DNA from: Bacilli bacterium
GTDB lineage: Bacteria > Bacillota_I > Bacilli_A > RFN20 > CAG-288
Assembly: GCA_022652945.1 (NCBI GenBank)
Contig: JALCRV010000009.1
Coordinates: forward strand, 15,025-79,024
Direction of reading: 5' to 3'
Length of the DNA stretch: 64,000 nucleotides
This document shows positions 19,488 to 28,336 of this stretch, one piece after another. A program made the translations under genes and the position numbers. Under the pieces are notes generated by a model. That model had not been told where the DNA came from and did no database searches. It saw only the letters and a program-made list of their open reading frames with translations. The stretch's first letter is position 1. Each line of letters starts with the position of its first letter.

Positions 19488-20081
19488 ATGTATTCAAATA
19501 TCGAAATCGAAGCGAAAGTCCTTCTGACCAAAGAAGAATACGAGAAAGTCTACGCCTCGTTAAGAATGAATGATTCAATGACGCATTCCCAGACGAACTT
19601 TTATATCGACTCGAAAGACCGCACCCTGAAAAATAACGGGGTGGCCCTTCGCATCAGAGAGAAAAAAGGCGAATATGTGCTGACGATGAAGACTCCTTTA
19701 TCCGAAGGTTTATTGGAAAAGAACCAAGCCTTGAAAGATAAGGAAGCTATGAGCATGATCAATCTAAATCGTTTCCCTGAAGGCGAAATCAAGGAATTCC
19801 TCGAAGTCCTTGATATCGATACTTCCACTTTGGTCGTCTTGGCCAAGCTAACTACCTTAAGAACAGAAATTGATAATCCTAATGAGGAAGAGGAAATCTC
19901 CCTCGATGAAAACACTTATGGACACAAAGTCGATTACGAGTTGGAAGTCGATAAATCCGCCATGGCCCTCGCCGAAGAAAAAGTCAAGGAAATCCTTGAG
20001 CCTTTAAAAATCAAATACACTTTGAATAAGTGCTCCAAGGCTTCCCGCGCCCTCGCGGAAGCAGAAGCGGAAGGCAAATAA
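19488..20081 (+). CDS. CYTH-domain protein (YjbK-like triphosphate tunnel metalloenzyme)
   Basis: N-terminal EIEAKV (ExExK) CYTH signature; sits divergent to nadK and near spx, as in the B. subtilis yjbK context. Confidence 0.6.
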   Translation: MYSNIEIEAKVLLTKEEYEKVYASLRMNDSMTHSQTNFYIDSKDRTLKNNGVALRIREKKGEYVLTMKTPLSEGLLEKNQALKDKEAMSMINLNRFPEGEIKEFLEVLDIDTSTLVVLAKLTTLRTEIDNPNEEEEISLDENTYGHKVDYELEVDKSAMALAEEKVKEILEPLKIKYTLNKCSKASRALAEAEAEGK

Positions 20082-20094
20082 AAAACTAGTCAAA

Positions 20095-20132
20095 AGAAAA
20101 ACTCGCTTGGAACAATCCGAGCGAGTTTTTTA
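20095..20132. terminator. Bidirectional terminator (aaaaactcgcttggaacaatccgagcgagtttttt)
   Basis: 8-bp stem between the convergent CYTH and spx genes. Confidence 0.6.
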
Positions 20133-20135
20133 ATC

Positions 20136-20597
20136 TTAAGCGCGCGAAGTTTTCCTGACTTTCTCGCCCTCTCCAGAGAGACGATCGGGACAAGTTGCAT
20201 AGTTCGGGCAGCTTTCCGGTGAGCAGTTCTTAGCGAAGATTCGTCTGGCTTCCGGAATAAAAGCTCTGATTTCCTCTGAATTATACCCAACTTGAATTTT
20301 GGAATCATCGACGATAATCGGACGTTTCAAGCAGGAAGGATTCTGTTTGATAAAGGCGATAAGCTGGTTTAAAGACATCTCCCCGAGATCGACTTTGTTA
20401 TCCTTGATGACATTGGAGCGGTTGGAGATGATTTCATCGGTTCCATCGATTGATTTTGTAAGTATTTCCTTGATGTCCTGATCAGATAATTCACCGGAGA
20501 GAATATTCTTCACGCTGAAGGGAATCTTCTGTTCGGTGAACCATTCCTTGACCTTTCGGCAGGAAGAGCATGAGGGCGAAATATAGAGCTTAATCAT
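20136..20597 (-). CDS. spx: Spx/ArsC-family redox transcriptional regulator with Cys-rich C-terminal extension
   Basis: Start set at MIKLYISPSCSSCRK (CxxC) with an aaaggag SD 9 nt upstream. This ATG directly follows the TAA stop of the upstream gene. There is high similarity to B. subtilis Spx across residues 1-118, then an extra ...NCSPESCPNYATCPD... tail. Confidence 0.8.
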   Translation of the reverse strand: MIKLYISPSCSSCRKVKEWFTEQKIPFSVKNILSGELSDQDIKEILTKSIDGTDEIISNRSNVIKDNKVDLGEMSLNQLIAFIKQNPSCLKRPIIVDDSKIQVGYNSEEIRAFIPEARRIFAKNCSPESCPNYATCPDRLSGEGEKVRKTSRA

Positions 20598-20598
20598 G

Positions 20599-21345
20599 TT
20601 ATTCATCTCCTTTGCTCGGCTTTTCATCCGAGTCATTCTTTTCTTTCAAATCGGTCTTCTGCCCGTATTTTTGTTCCCATCTTTCCCGCATTTCCGGTGG
20701 AATATTATTCACCCCGGACTTATAAAGTTTAAAGCATTCGAGCAGATAAAGGATGTAAGAGACCAATAAGAAGATACAGCTTAAATATATCATAACGGAG
20801 ATGGTGATGACGACCTCATTAGGAAGGGTGGATCCAGCCGGGTACATCAAGGGGAGCATCAGTTGGAAAATCATCAGGATATCGAAGCTGAAAGTAGCGA
20901 CTTTCCCATACCATTTAGCCCCGTTGATAAATTGTCCATGGCGGAAAGTCAGATAGACACAGATGAATTGAGTGATTTCCTTAAAGGCATAGAAAGCGGT
21001 GAGAATCCACATGTAAGGTTTGCCGCTGTAGACCGAGAAACTGAGGCAAGCTACAATGCAGATGGCAAACTGCATCATTTTATCCGCCAAAGGGTCCAAA
21101 AACTTCCCTAGTTCGGTTATCTGGTGGCAGCGTCGGGCAATCTGACCATCGATAAAATCCGTAATCGAGGCAAGAATTACGCTCGCCAAGCCAATCCATT
21201 CTAAAACCTGGCCTTTCGCGTTGGCGTAAGAAAAACCGGTCAGATAAAAATACATAAAAACCGGGACCAGCAAGATGCGGAAATAACACAAAATATTCGG
21301 AATTGTAAAGAAGTCCTTCTTCTTAATTAAATGAACCTTGCTCAT
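20599..21345 (-). CDS. CDP-alcohol phosphatidyltransferase (PgsA-like) with charged C-terminal tail
   Basis: DFIDGQIAR...G...LDPLADK catalytic motif; multiple TM helices; 248 aa. Confidence 0.75.
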   Translation of the reverse strand: MSKVHLIKKKDFFTIPNILCYFRILLVPVFMYFYLTGFSYANAKGQVLEWIGLASVILASITDFIDGQIARRCHQITELGKFLDPLADKMMQFAICIVACLSFSVYSGKPYMWILTAFYAFKEITQFICVYLTFRHGQFINGAKWYGKVATFSFDILMIFQLMLPLMYPAGSTLPNEVVITISVMIYLSCIFLLVSYILYLLECFKLYKSGVNNIPPEMRERWEQKYGQKTDLKEKNDSDEKPSKGDE

Positions 21346-22496
21346 TTTTTCTCTTCCTTGTCATCTTTCCCTTCAGATGGCTGAGAGGTTTTTTCTTTCT
21401 CTTCCAAATTATCTTTTCCCTTTTCATCGGTCGAAGAGGTTTCTCCTTTGTTTTCTTCCTCTTCTAAAGGCCTTAAGACTTCTTCCATGGCCTTTCTCCC
21501 CTCCATGATAAAAGCCCGGTCATCGGAGCCTAAACGAGCCATGATTTTATCCTGATAAGCGATATAGAAAAGATTATCAAAGATTCTAAACCAATAAGCG
21601 AAGGGCGTGAAAAGAAAACCTGCCAAGGCCAACGCGACAAAAGGCACGAAATTATAGTATTTTCCGAAAAAGAAAACTCCGAGAATCACAATGGCCCAAT
21701 AAACCAAGAAATAGGCCAAATAAACAGGCCAGAAAAGTTGGAAATCCAAATGGCGGTATTCTTTACTTACTCTCGGTAGAACCCTCTTGCGGAAAAACGG
21801 AATCAAAGGGCGAGCAGCCATATTGATTCGGTTATCCGCAACCAAGACTGAAGCGGAATAGGTCACGCATTCGTTTTTTCTCAGTTCCGAAAGCATGTAA
21901 AGGGCCGTGGTAAAGACCACACCGCTTTCCATCAAAAGAAAAATCGTGTGAAAAGCGAAAAGATCATTCGAATCAATCATGCTCTCCAGGCTCTGGGTGG
22001 TCGCTCCAGCTTGCTTAAGGAAGGCCGCCATCGCATTGTAAATCGAAGGGTAGCCGTAAGTGATGATTGGAACAACGATCAAGGCAAAAAAGATCGAGGA
22101 GACAATGGCGGCCAGAATCGTCCGCCAAAGAACTAAAGAGATACCATATGCTCCGAAATTTGAATGGAAATAATTGCTGAAAAGCACCGATAAAGGCTTC
22201 TTTTTGTAAGCTTGGAAGCGGCAGGCGGTACTGACGGAAATCGTCAAGCCGAAAAGCAATGGCAAAGAAAGGAAAAGCAAACCTATAAAACAGGCGATGG
22301 CCGCCACCAGATAGATCATCTGAGTTTTTTCATCGCTTCCGACCGGGGTCCTGATAAAAGCGAAGGCCAAGGCCAACAAAGCGAAAATAAAACAGACAGC
22401 TAAACTATAAAGATAGGGCTGTATAGATTTTTGAGATATTACTTCTTTAATTTTACTTCTAAAGCCGGAAGCAAGGTTATTTTGAGTCATTTTCAA
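21342..22496 (-). CDS. Polytopic membrane protein of unknown function with KE-rich C-terminal tail
   Basis: At least 8 predicted TM helices; ATGA overlap with the pgsA-like start; no recognisable catalytic motif. Confidence 0.5.
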   Translation of the reverse strand: MKMTQNNLASGFRSKIKEVISQKSIQPYLYSLAVCFIFALLALAFAFIRTPVGSDEKTQMIYLVAAIACFIGLLFLSLPLLFGLTISVSTACRFQAYKKKPLSVLFSNYFHSNFGAYGISLVLWRTILAAIVSSIFFALIVVPIITYGYPSIYNAMAAFLKQAGATTQSLESMIDSNDLFAFHTIFLLMESGVVFTTALYMLSELRKNECVTYSASVLVADNRINMAARPLIPFFRKRVLPRVSKEYRHLDFQLFWPVYLAYFLVYWAIVILGVFFFGKYYNFVPFVALALAGFLFTPFAYWFRIFDNLFYIAYQDKIMARLGSDDRAFIMEGRKAMEEVLRPLEEEENKGETSSTDEKGKDNLEEKEKTSQPSEGKDDKEEKK

Positions 22497-22504
22497 TCCT
22501 TATG

Positions 22505-23161
22505 TTATTCCTCGGAGTTCTCTTCTTTGGAATTCTCGACGGAAAGGCGGTGGAGACGCGGAATAAGCTTCTCCAGCGATTCTTGGTTGAACGGAGAGCA
22601 ATTCGTCTCCCTTTCAATCTTACGAATCAGTTTGCAGAGGTCTTTTTTATGAATCAGATAAGAATAGGGTGATATCGTCGGATCGGTGATGGAGGCCTCG
22701 GAGGAATTGTTTATGACAACGATTGAGATAAACATCGGGCTCTTATTGGGATTCCAGCCGAGGAACTTAGCCAAGCACATCGTCCGTCTTTCGTTGAAGA
22801 AAACGGGGTTGGATACTTCTCTTAAAACCGCTCCCCTCTTATCGACGACCTGCCATTTATTAGCGAGGAAGGAATCCCCGCGCAGATCATCTTCATAGTA
22901 ACGGGTCGAAATCACGTAGACAAACTTATCTCCTACCAGGAGATGGGAAATATGCAAGGAATCCGATTCAGTCTTGATGACAACATTATTCAAAAGGTAC
23001 CAGTCTTGATCTTCAACCAAGCGGTAAAGCTTACGCCAACTGGATCTTTTGAAATGCTGGGGGGCATATTTCCGGTGCAGGAAAAAAAGCACGATAGCCC
23101 CGATAACCAAGGCTAACAATAAACCGCCTGCCAGATAATAAATCCAAGCTTTATCGCCCAT
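22505..23161 (-). CDS. Membrane-anchored NERD (nuclease-related) domain protein
   Basis: N-terminal TM segment; HISHLLVGDKFVYVISTRYY matches the NERD core (DHxxI..G.FviE.K). Confidence 0.5.
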   Translation of the reverse strand: MGDKAWIYYLAGGLLLALVIGAIVLFFLHRKYAPQHFKRSSWRKLYRLVEDQDWYLLNNVVIKTESDSLHISHLLVGDKFVYVISTRYYEDDLRGDSFLANKWQVVDKRGAVLREVSNPVFFNERRTMCLAKFLGWNPNKSPMFISIVVINNSSEASITDPTISPYSYLIHKKDLCKLIRKIERETNCSPFNQESLEKLIPRLHRLSVENSKEENSEE

Positions 23162-23179
23162 TAACTGTCCTAACCTTTT

Positions 23180-23881
23180 CTAGATGAGAGATAAAGCGAC
23201 ATTGATCATATCGCTGAAGCCTTTTTCTCTCTGCTCAGAAGTGGTTTCCTGATGTGTGATAAAGGAATCGGAGACCGTGAGAATCGAAAGAGCTTTCTTA
23301 TGGTAATAGGCCGCTAAGCAATAAAGAGCGTAGGTTTCCATTTCGACACAAAGACACCCCATCGCAGCCCATTTCTTCCATTCTTCAGGGGAAGCAGAAT
23401 AGAAAATATCTGAAGAGAAGATATTCCCGACATGATAGCCGATCTTCAGCTTTTCAGCACCCTCGACAGCTTTTCTCAGCAAATCGAAGGAAGCGATAGC
23501 GGAGAAGGTACCGGGTAAATTGTACTGATGTGCGAAAGAGGAATCCGTACAAGCACCTTCGGCGATGATGACATCGAAAATCTTGCAAGAAGGATCATAA
23601 GAACCGGTCGAGCCGATGCGAATGACATTCTCGACTCCATAGAATTGATATAATTCCGAGACGTAGATTCCTAAAGAAGGCATCCCCATGCCCGAACCCA
23701 TAACAGAAACCTGCTTGCCATGATAAGTACCGGTGAAGCCGAACATGTTGCGGACAGTATTGAACTGAACCGGGTTTTCAAGAAAATGCTCAGCGATGTA
23801 TTTTGCTCTTAAAGGATCTCCGGGCAAAAGAACAGTTTTGGCAATCTGCCCTTCTTTAGCTCCATTGTGCGGTGTAGGCAT
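23180..23881 (-). CDS. deoD: Purine nucleoside phosphorylase, DeoD type
   Basis: VLLPGDPLRAKYIAE...GFTGTY...SVMG.GMG; aligns along its length with E. coli DeoD. Confidence 0.85.
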   Translation of the reverse strand: MPTPHNGAKEGQIAKTVLLPGDPLRAKYIAEHFLENPVQFNTVRNMFGFTGTYHGKQVSVMGSGMGMPSLGIYVSELYQFYGVENVIRIGSTGSYDPSCKIFDVIIAEGACTDSSFAHQYNLPGTFSAIASFDLLRKAVEGAEKLKIGYHVGNIFSSDIFYSASPEEWKKWAAMGCLCVEMETYALYCLAAYYHKKALSILTVSDSFITHQETTSEQREKGFSDMINVALSLI

Positions 23882-23946
23882 AAATGTTATCCTCCTTTTT
23901 CAACAATTATATTATAGCTTCTAAGACTGAAGAAAAAAACGCAATC

Positions 23947-24576
23947 TCAATCGAAAGAAACCTTACCATCTTTGGCCAAAGCCAAGACTTTAAGCATTTG
24001 GTCGGGAGAGTTCTTTTTAGACCAAGCCGGAAGTTGATTCAAAGAGAAATAATCCGCGCGAATAATCTCCTGACAAGGAGCGGATATTTTGTTGGTTTCT
24101 TTCCCCTCGAAGACGATCATATACTCAGGAATACCAGTCGTCTTGCATTTATGATAACGATCGAAAACGCCGACTAGTTTAATTAGCTCAGCTTCGATTC
24201 CCGCTTCTTCTCTCAGTTCCTTCAAGGCGGATTGCGAAGGGGATAAAGTCAACTCCGTCCAGCCCCCAGGTAAGGAATAACCCCCATCGAGCTTTTCTTG
24301 GACGAGGAGGACCTTGGTCCGCTCCGGATTGAATACCACGGTTCGGACAGAAACATTCGGGGTAGGATAGATATCGCGCTGAAAGAAATTCTCGCCTTGC
24401 AAAGGGCTTTCCATCTTATCAGCCAAAAAAGCCTTGGCCCGTTCCTGCAGCTCAAGGTAATTATCGATAGCATAAGGATCCTTGGAATATAAAAGGCCAA
24501 CTTTAGAAATCTCTTCAACCTTCAAGACAAAATCAACAATATCTTTTTGTAACACGCTATTAACCCCTTTTATCAA
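23947..24576 (-). CDS. NUDIX hydrolase
   Basis: Nudix box GGWTE...LKELREEAGIEAE (Gx5Ex7REUxEExGU). Confidence 0.75.
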   Translation of the reverse strand: MIKGVNSVLQKDIVDFVLKVEEISKVGLLYSKDPYAIDNYLELQERAKAFLADKMESPLQGENFFQRDIYPTPNVSVRTVVFNPERTKVLLVQEKLDGGYSLPGGWTELTLSPSQSALKELREEAGIEAELIKLVGVFDRYHKCKTTGIPEYMIVFEGKETNKISAPCQEIIRADYFSLNQLPAWSKKNSPDQMLKVLALAKDGKVSFD

Positions 24577-24591
24577 TCCTTAAATCTGCGC

Positions 24592-25386
24592 TTATTTTCC
24601 CTTTGAGAACAAGGGCTCGCTCGAAGTTCCGGAAGGCGTCAGCATAAAGGTCTGGAAGACTTTCTCGAATTCATCATATTTAATCGGCTCCAGCACGCCT
24701 GAATAAGCGACGGAAATCCTTCCGGTCTCTTCCGAGACCACAATCGTCACCGAATCGGTGATTTCTGAAATGCCCAAAGCGGCACGATGCCTGGCACCAT
24801 ATTTGCCTACAAGAGTCTTGGTAGTTGTCGGGAAGAAAACTGAAGCGGCAATAATCGTATTTCCGCGGATTATCATAGCTCCATCGTGGAGTCTGGTCCC
24901 CTCAAAGAAAACCGTTTCAATCAATTCAGGGGTGACCGGGGCATTAAGCATAGTCCCAGAAGCCATGTACTTCTCTAGCGAGACTCCCCTTTCAAAAGTA
25001 ATAATGGCTCCAACGCGGTTATCAGCCAGCCATTTAACAGCTTGGGTGATGGACTTATTCAATTTGGCACGGTCCATATCCTTCACAGACTTAGCCTGCG
25101 CTTCCTTAGCCTGAATCGTCACCGGGTTAGCTAAGTAAGAACGGACTTCCCCGACATTGATTGAGCCAGCTAAAACAGCGGTCACGATAAAGAAAGCCAA
25201 AAAGACGATGGCAGAAAAATACATTCCAAGAAAATAGCAGGCCGCTCCGCCAGCCATCTCGATTCCAAACAAGAGCCAGATAAGTTTCTTGCGGAAAATC
25301 AAGAGAGCGATTCCCATGATGGCGGCGATCAAAACAACCCCTACAACAATATCTGCAATCCCTTTGGCATCCATGAGAATTATCAT
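24592..25386 (-). CDS. cdaA: Diadenylate cyclase CdaA (membrane-anchored DAC domain)
   Basis: Three N-terminal TM helices; DAC-domain DGA (LHDGAMII) and RHRAA motifs. Confidence 0.85.
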   Translation of the reverse strand: MIILMDAKGIADIVVGVVLIAAIMGIALLIFRKKLIWLLFGIEMAGGAACYFLGMYFSAIVFLAFFIVTAVLAGSINVGEVRSYLANPVTIQAKEAQAKSVKDMDRAKLNKSITQAVKWLADNRVGAIITFERGVSLEKYMASGTMLNAPVTPELIETVFFEGTRLHDGAMIIRGNTIIAASVFFPTTTKTLVGKYGARHRAALGISEITDSVTIVVSEETGRISVAYSGVLEPIKYDEFEKVFQTFMLTPSGTSSEPLFSKGK

Positions 25387-25537
25387 TAAGGTTAACCCCT
25401 TTTATTTTATTTATTTATCTATAAAAAGCTGAGAAGAATAGTCTCTGCATTTATAATAACATGGATTAGCATTTATTGTACCTAAAAACTTTCGTAAAAC
25501 CTTAAAGAAATTACCTTAATTATGGCTGAAATCCACC

Positions 25538-25567
25538 TTGATAAAACCTCTCGGCCTATTGTATAAT
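25538..25567 (+). promoter_or_regulatory. Sigma-A promoter for tRNA-Gly: TTGATA-18-TATAAT
   Basis: ttgata at 25538-25543; tataat at 25562-25567; the tRNA starts at 25588. Confidence 0.5.
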
Positions 25568-25587
25568 CAAAAAGCCTAAAAAGGCCT

Positions 25588-25661
25588 GCAGGCATGGTTC
25601 AGTGGTAGAACTCCAGCTTCCCAAGCTGATAACGCGGGTTCGATTCCCGTTGCCTGCTCCA
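25588..25661 (+). tRNA. tRNA-Gly (anticodon CCC)
   Basis: Acceptor gcaggca/tgcctgc; D-arm gttc-agtggta-gaac; anticodon stem ccagc/gctga (C27:A43 mismatch) with loop ttCCCaa; T-arm gcggg-ttcgatt-cccgt; discriminator U and CCA. The architecture parallels B. subtilis tRNA-Gly. Confidence 0.8.
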
Positions 25662-25676
25662 CTTTTTGCTAACAAA

Positions 25677-25701
25677 GTCCCTCTTACGAGGGCTTTTTTT
25701 T
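25677..25701 (+). terminator. Rho-independent terminator after tRNA-Gly (ccctc ttac gaggg + T8)
   Basis: GC stem followed by tttttttt. Confidence 0.6.
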
Positions 25702-25785
25702 ACTTGCTTTTCCCAGCTGTCTTTTTGGGGTTAGCCCTTACGAATAAATAATGATTCCTATAGCCCAAGTGTTATAATACAAAAG

Positions 25786-26469
25786 ATGAAAAATCTCGGT
25801 ATTCAGGCCACAAATAAATCGCTTCTTTCTTTTTTTGCAAGTAAAAAAAAGAATCATTTCGGCATGACTCCAATGGGAGCAATAGACCAAGCTGCCGAAG
25901 AATTAAACACCCGTTTTTTAAACTTAGACGAACTGGTTTTAGGTGTTGATCATGATGTGGATGCGGTTTTTATCGAGGCCAGCATGTTAAGAAACTCAAC
26001 CTTCAAAGAAAAGATGACGGCGATTGAGAAAGAGCTGCCCTATCTCAATACCTGGGATTTAACAGACGAAATTATCCGTTTCATTAAAAAGCCAGTACCA
26101 CAAGAAGAAATAACAAAGTATTCCAAGAAGTTTTTAAAAAATCGCAATCCTTTTGTTCGACGTCTCGGTTATACCTTATGGCTGAAGAGCGACCTCACCC
26201 AAGAAAAGACCTTGCAGATGATTTTCCCTCTTTTTAAAAGCCAAGAAGAATATACCGTCTTAATGGCGGAAGCTTGGCTGATCAGTTATATGTTCATTTA
26301 TTCTTTTTCTGCGACCTACGAATTTATCCGGAATTCTTCTCTGGACTATAAATTAATTTCTTTAGGTCTTACTAAAACGACAGACTCCTTCCGAATAAGT
26401 GAAGAAGATAAAATTAAAATCCGCGCTTTACGTGATTTCAAAAGAGACTTAAAATCAAAGAAGGAGTGA
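25786..26469 (+). CDS. Putative DNA alkylation repair (AlkC/AlkD-like HEAT-repeat) protein
   Basis: TWDLTDEII, NPFVRRLGYTLWLK and AEAWLISY segments resemble the conserved W-D-x-D and WVRR motifs of PF08713. This is pattern recall only, with no database search. Confidence 0.4.
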   Translation: MKNLGIQATNKSLLSFFASKKKNHFGMTPMGAIDQAAEELNTRFLNLDELVLGVDHDVDAVFIEASMLRNSTFKEKMTAIEKELPYLNTWDLTDEIIRFIKKPVPQEEITKYSKKFLKNRNPFVRRLGYTLWLKSDLTQEKTLQMIFPLFKSQEEYTVLMAEAWLISYMFIYSFSATYEFIRNSSLDYKLISLGLTKTTDSFRISEEDKIKIRALRDFKRDLKSKKE

Positions 26470-26478
26470 AATAAAAAA

Positions 26479-27432
26479 ATGGAACCTTGGGTCATCGCTT
26501 TAATTGTCATTGGCTGCCTCTTGTTTTTGTTCATTGTCGCTGAACTGATAGCAGGAAACTACTTCTATAAGGTGGCTTTTGATCGGCGGCTCACCACGGC
26601 AAAGGGCACAAGGAAGCCCTTCGTCTCCCCAGATGGAAAACAAACTCTGCGCTACGACTGGGATTGGATTAAGAAAACCCACTTTGAGGAAGTAGGCATC
26701 TCTTCTTTCGATGAAACCCTCTTGAAGGCTGAGTTAGCTCTTAATCCCAATGGCGGACATAAATACATCATCAGCTGTCACGGCTACCGTGGGGAATGGG
26801 AAGAGTTATCACTGCCCGCTCATCAATTCTATGAAAAACTTGGCTATTCGATCCTGATGATCAACGAAAGGGGCCACGATAAATCCGGCTATCCGCTGAT
26901 CACCTTCGGAGACAAGGAATGCCGCGACCTTGTTGAATGGGTCAAATACCTCGTCTACCGTGATAAAGATGCCCAGATTTGTCTTTATGGCCTTTCAATG
27001 GGGGCGGCAACGGTCATGATGTCCTTAAATCTTGGCCTGCCATCTAACGTCAAATGCGCGATTGAAGATTGCGGTTTCTCCTCTATCAAAGAGCAGTTTA
27101 AACACGTCTTGAAAACTCAATTTAAGATCCCGCCTTTTTTGATTCTTCCAGTCTGCCAGTTCGTATGCATTTTCCGCCACCAGATTTCCATGACTAAGCA
27201 CTCCGCTATCAAGGCCTTAAAAGAAGATGAAATCCCCATCATGATGATTCACGGAACCGGGGATACCTACGTGCCTTATCGGATGCTAGATGAAAACTTC
27301 CAAGCGGTCAGAGAAGGCACATATAAGGAAAAACTCCCGGTAGAAGGAGCTTGGCACGCAATGTCCTGCTCCGTCGATTTTGATGAATACATCAAAAAGA
27401 CATCGGATTTTCTCGCTCGGTTTATCTCTTAA
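26479..27432 (+). CDS. Membrane-anchored alpha/beta-fold hydrolase
   Basis: N-terminal TM; nucleophile elbow GLSMG; HG oxyanion region (ISCHGYRGEW); distal Asp/His candidates. Confidence 0.65.
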   Translation: MEPWVIALIVIGCLLFLFIVAELIAGNYFYKVAFDRRLTTAKGTRKPFVSPDGKQTLRYDWDWIKKTHFEEVGISSFDETLLKAELALNPNGGHKYIISCHGYRGEWEELSLPAHQFYEKLGYSILMINERGHDKSGYPLITFGDKECRDLVEWVKYLVYRDKDAQICLYGLSMGAATVMMSLNLGLPSNVKCAIEDCGFSSIKEQFKHVLKTQFKIPPFLILPVCQFVCIFRHQISMTKHSAIKALKEDEIPIMMIHGTGDTYVPYRMLDENFQAVREGTYKEKLPVEGAWHAMSCSVDFDEYIKKTSDFLARFIS

Positions 27433-27505
27433 AAATGGCTTCGAAACGTTGCCATTTAATAAATTAAGAGTGTATAATCATTACTGATAAAAGGAGATTA
27501 CATTT

Positions 27506-28147
27506 ATGGGTAAAATCAAAAAGTTCTTCACAGAATTCAAAGCGTTTATTTCAAAAGGCAGCATCCTTGACCTAGCTGTCGGCGTCGTTATCGGCGGTGC
27601 CTTCAGCGCTATCATCACCGCGCTGGTCAATAAAGTCTTGATGCCTGTCATCACCTTAGCTGTCCCAGGCGGGTTAGACGGCTTAGTCACCGTCCTCTCC
27701 GGCACTGCTCTCTGCTCCGCTGATAACGAAGCAGCCATCGCTGCCATCCCGGCTTCGACCACCACCGTCACCTACTGGGGTTTGGTCTACGATGCCTCGA
27801 CCGTTAACGTCATCAACTGGGGCGCCTTTATCAATGCCGTCATCAATTTCATCATCATCGCCTTCATCCTCTTCTGCATCTTGAAAGCCGTCATGTCCTT
27901 CAAGGCTAACGAAGCCAGAATCAAAGCCGCCTCCGATGCTTATACTATCGAGGAAAGAAAAGCCCTCCATAAAGAAGGTCATTCCTACCGCGAGATCAAC
28001 AAGATGGCTGAAGAGAAGGTCGAGAAGGAAGCCAAGGCCAAAGCTGAGGCTGATGCCGCTGCAAAAGCTGCTGCGGAAACCGAAATCGGTCTGCTCCACG
28101 ATATCAAAGACCTGTTGATTCAACAGAACGCTAAAGAAAAGAAATAA
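27506..28147 (+). CDS. mscL: Large-conductance mechanosensitive channel MscL (long variant)
   Basis: Conserved N-terminus FKAFISKGSILDLAVGVVIGGAF. The second TM is displaced by a loop of about 60 aa, and the C-terminal tail is about 80 aa and A/K/E-rich. Confidence 0.8.
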   Translation: MGKIKKFFTEFKAFISKGSILDLAVGVVIGGAFSAIITALVNKVLMPVITLAVPGGLDGLVTVLSGTALCSADNEAAIAAIPASTTTVTYWGLVYDASTVNVINWGAFINAVINFIIIAFILFCILKAVMSFKANEARIKAASDAYTIEERKALHKEGHSYREINKMAEEKVEKEAKAKAEADAAAKAAAETEIGLLHDIKDLLIQQNAKEKK

Positions 28148-28165
28148 GCTAGCCTTTTCTGCTAA

Positions 28166-28188
28166 GCCCCGGATAACGGGGCTTTTTC
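28166..28188 (+). terminator. Rho-independent terminator after mscL (gccccg gataa cggggc + T5)
   Basis: 6-bp GC stem followed by a T-run. Confidence 0.6.
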
Positions 28189-28262
28189 AGTCCTCTTTTT
28201 TTAACCTCCTCTCCTTTAATTGTGTTGAAATAGCAGTACTGATTTAGTATGATAAATAGGCT

Positions 28263-28336
28263 GCCGCCTTAGGTCAGTGGTAGACCAGAGGTATCGTAAA
28301 CCTCTAACGGCCGTTCGATTCGACCAGGCGGCACCA
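28263..28336 (+). tRNA. tRNA-Thr (anticodon CGU)
   Basis: Acceptor gccgcct/aggcggc; D-arm ggtc-agtggta-gacc; anticodon stem gaggt/acctc with loop atCGTaa; T-loop ttcgatt; CCA; 74 nt. Confidence 0.85.

Noticed and set aside
20598-20636. An upstream ATG start for spx (MTRMKSRAKEMNN...) as listed in the ORF track.
   Set aside because: It would overlap the last 13 codons of the pgsA-like gene. The downstream ATG (MIKLYISPSC) has an aaaggag SD at ideal spacing and aligns with the canonical Spx N-terminus.
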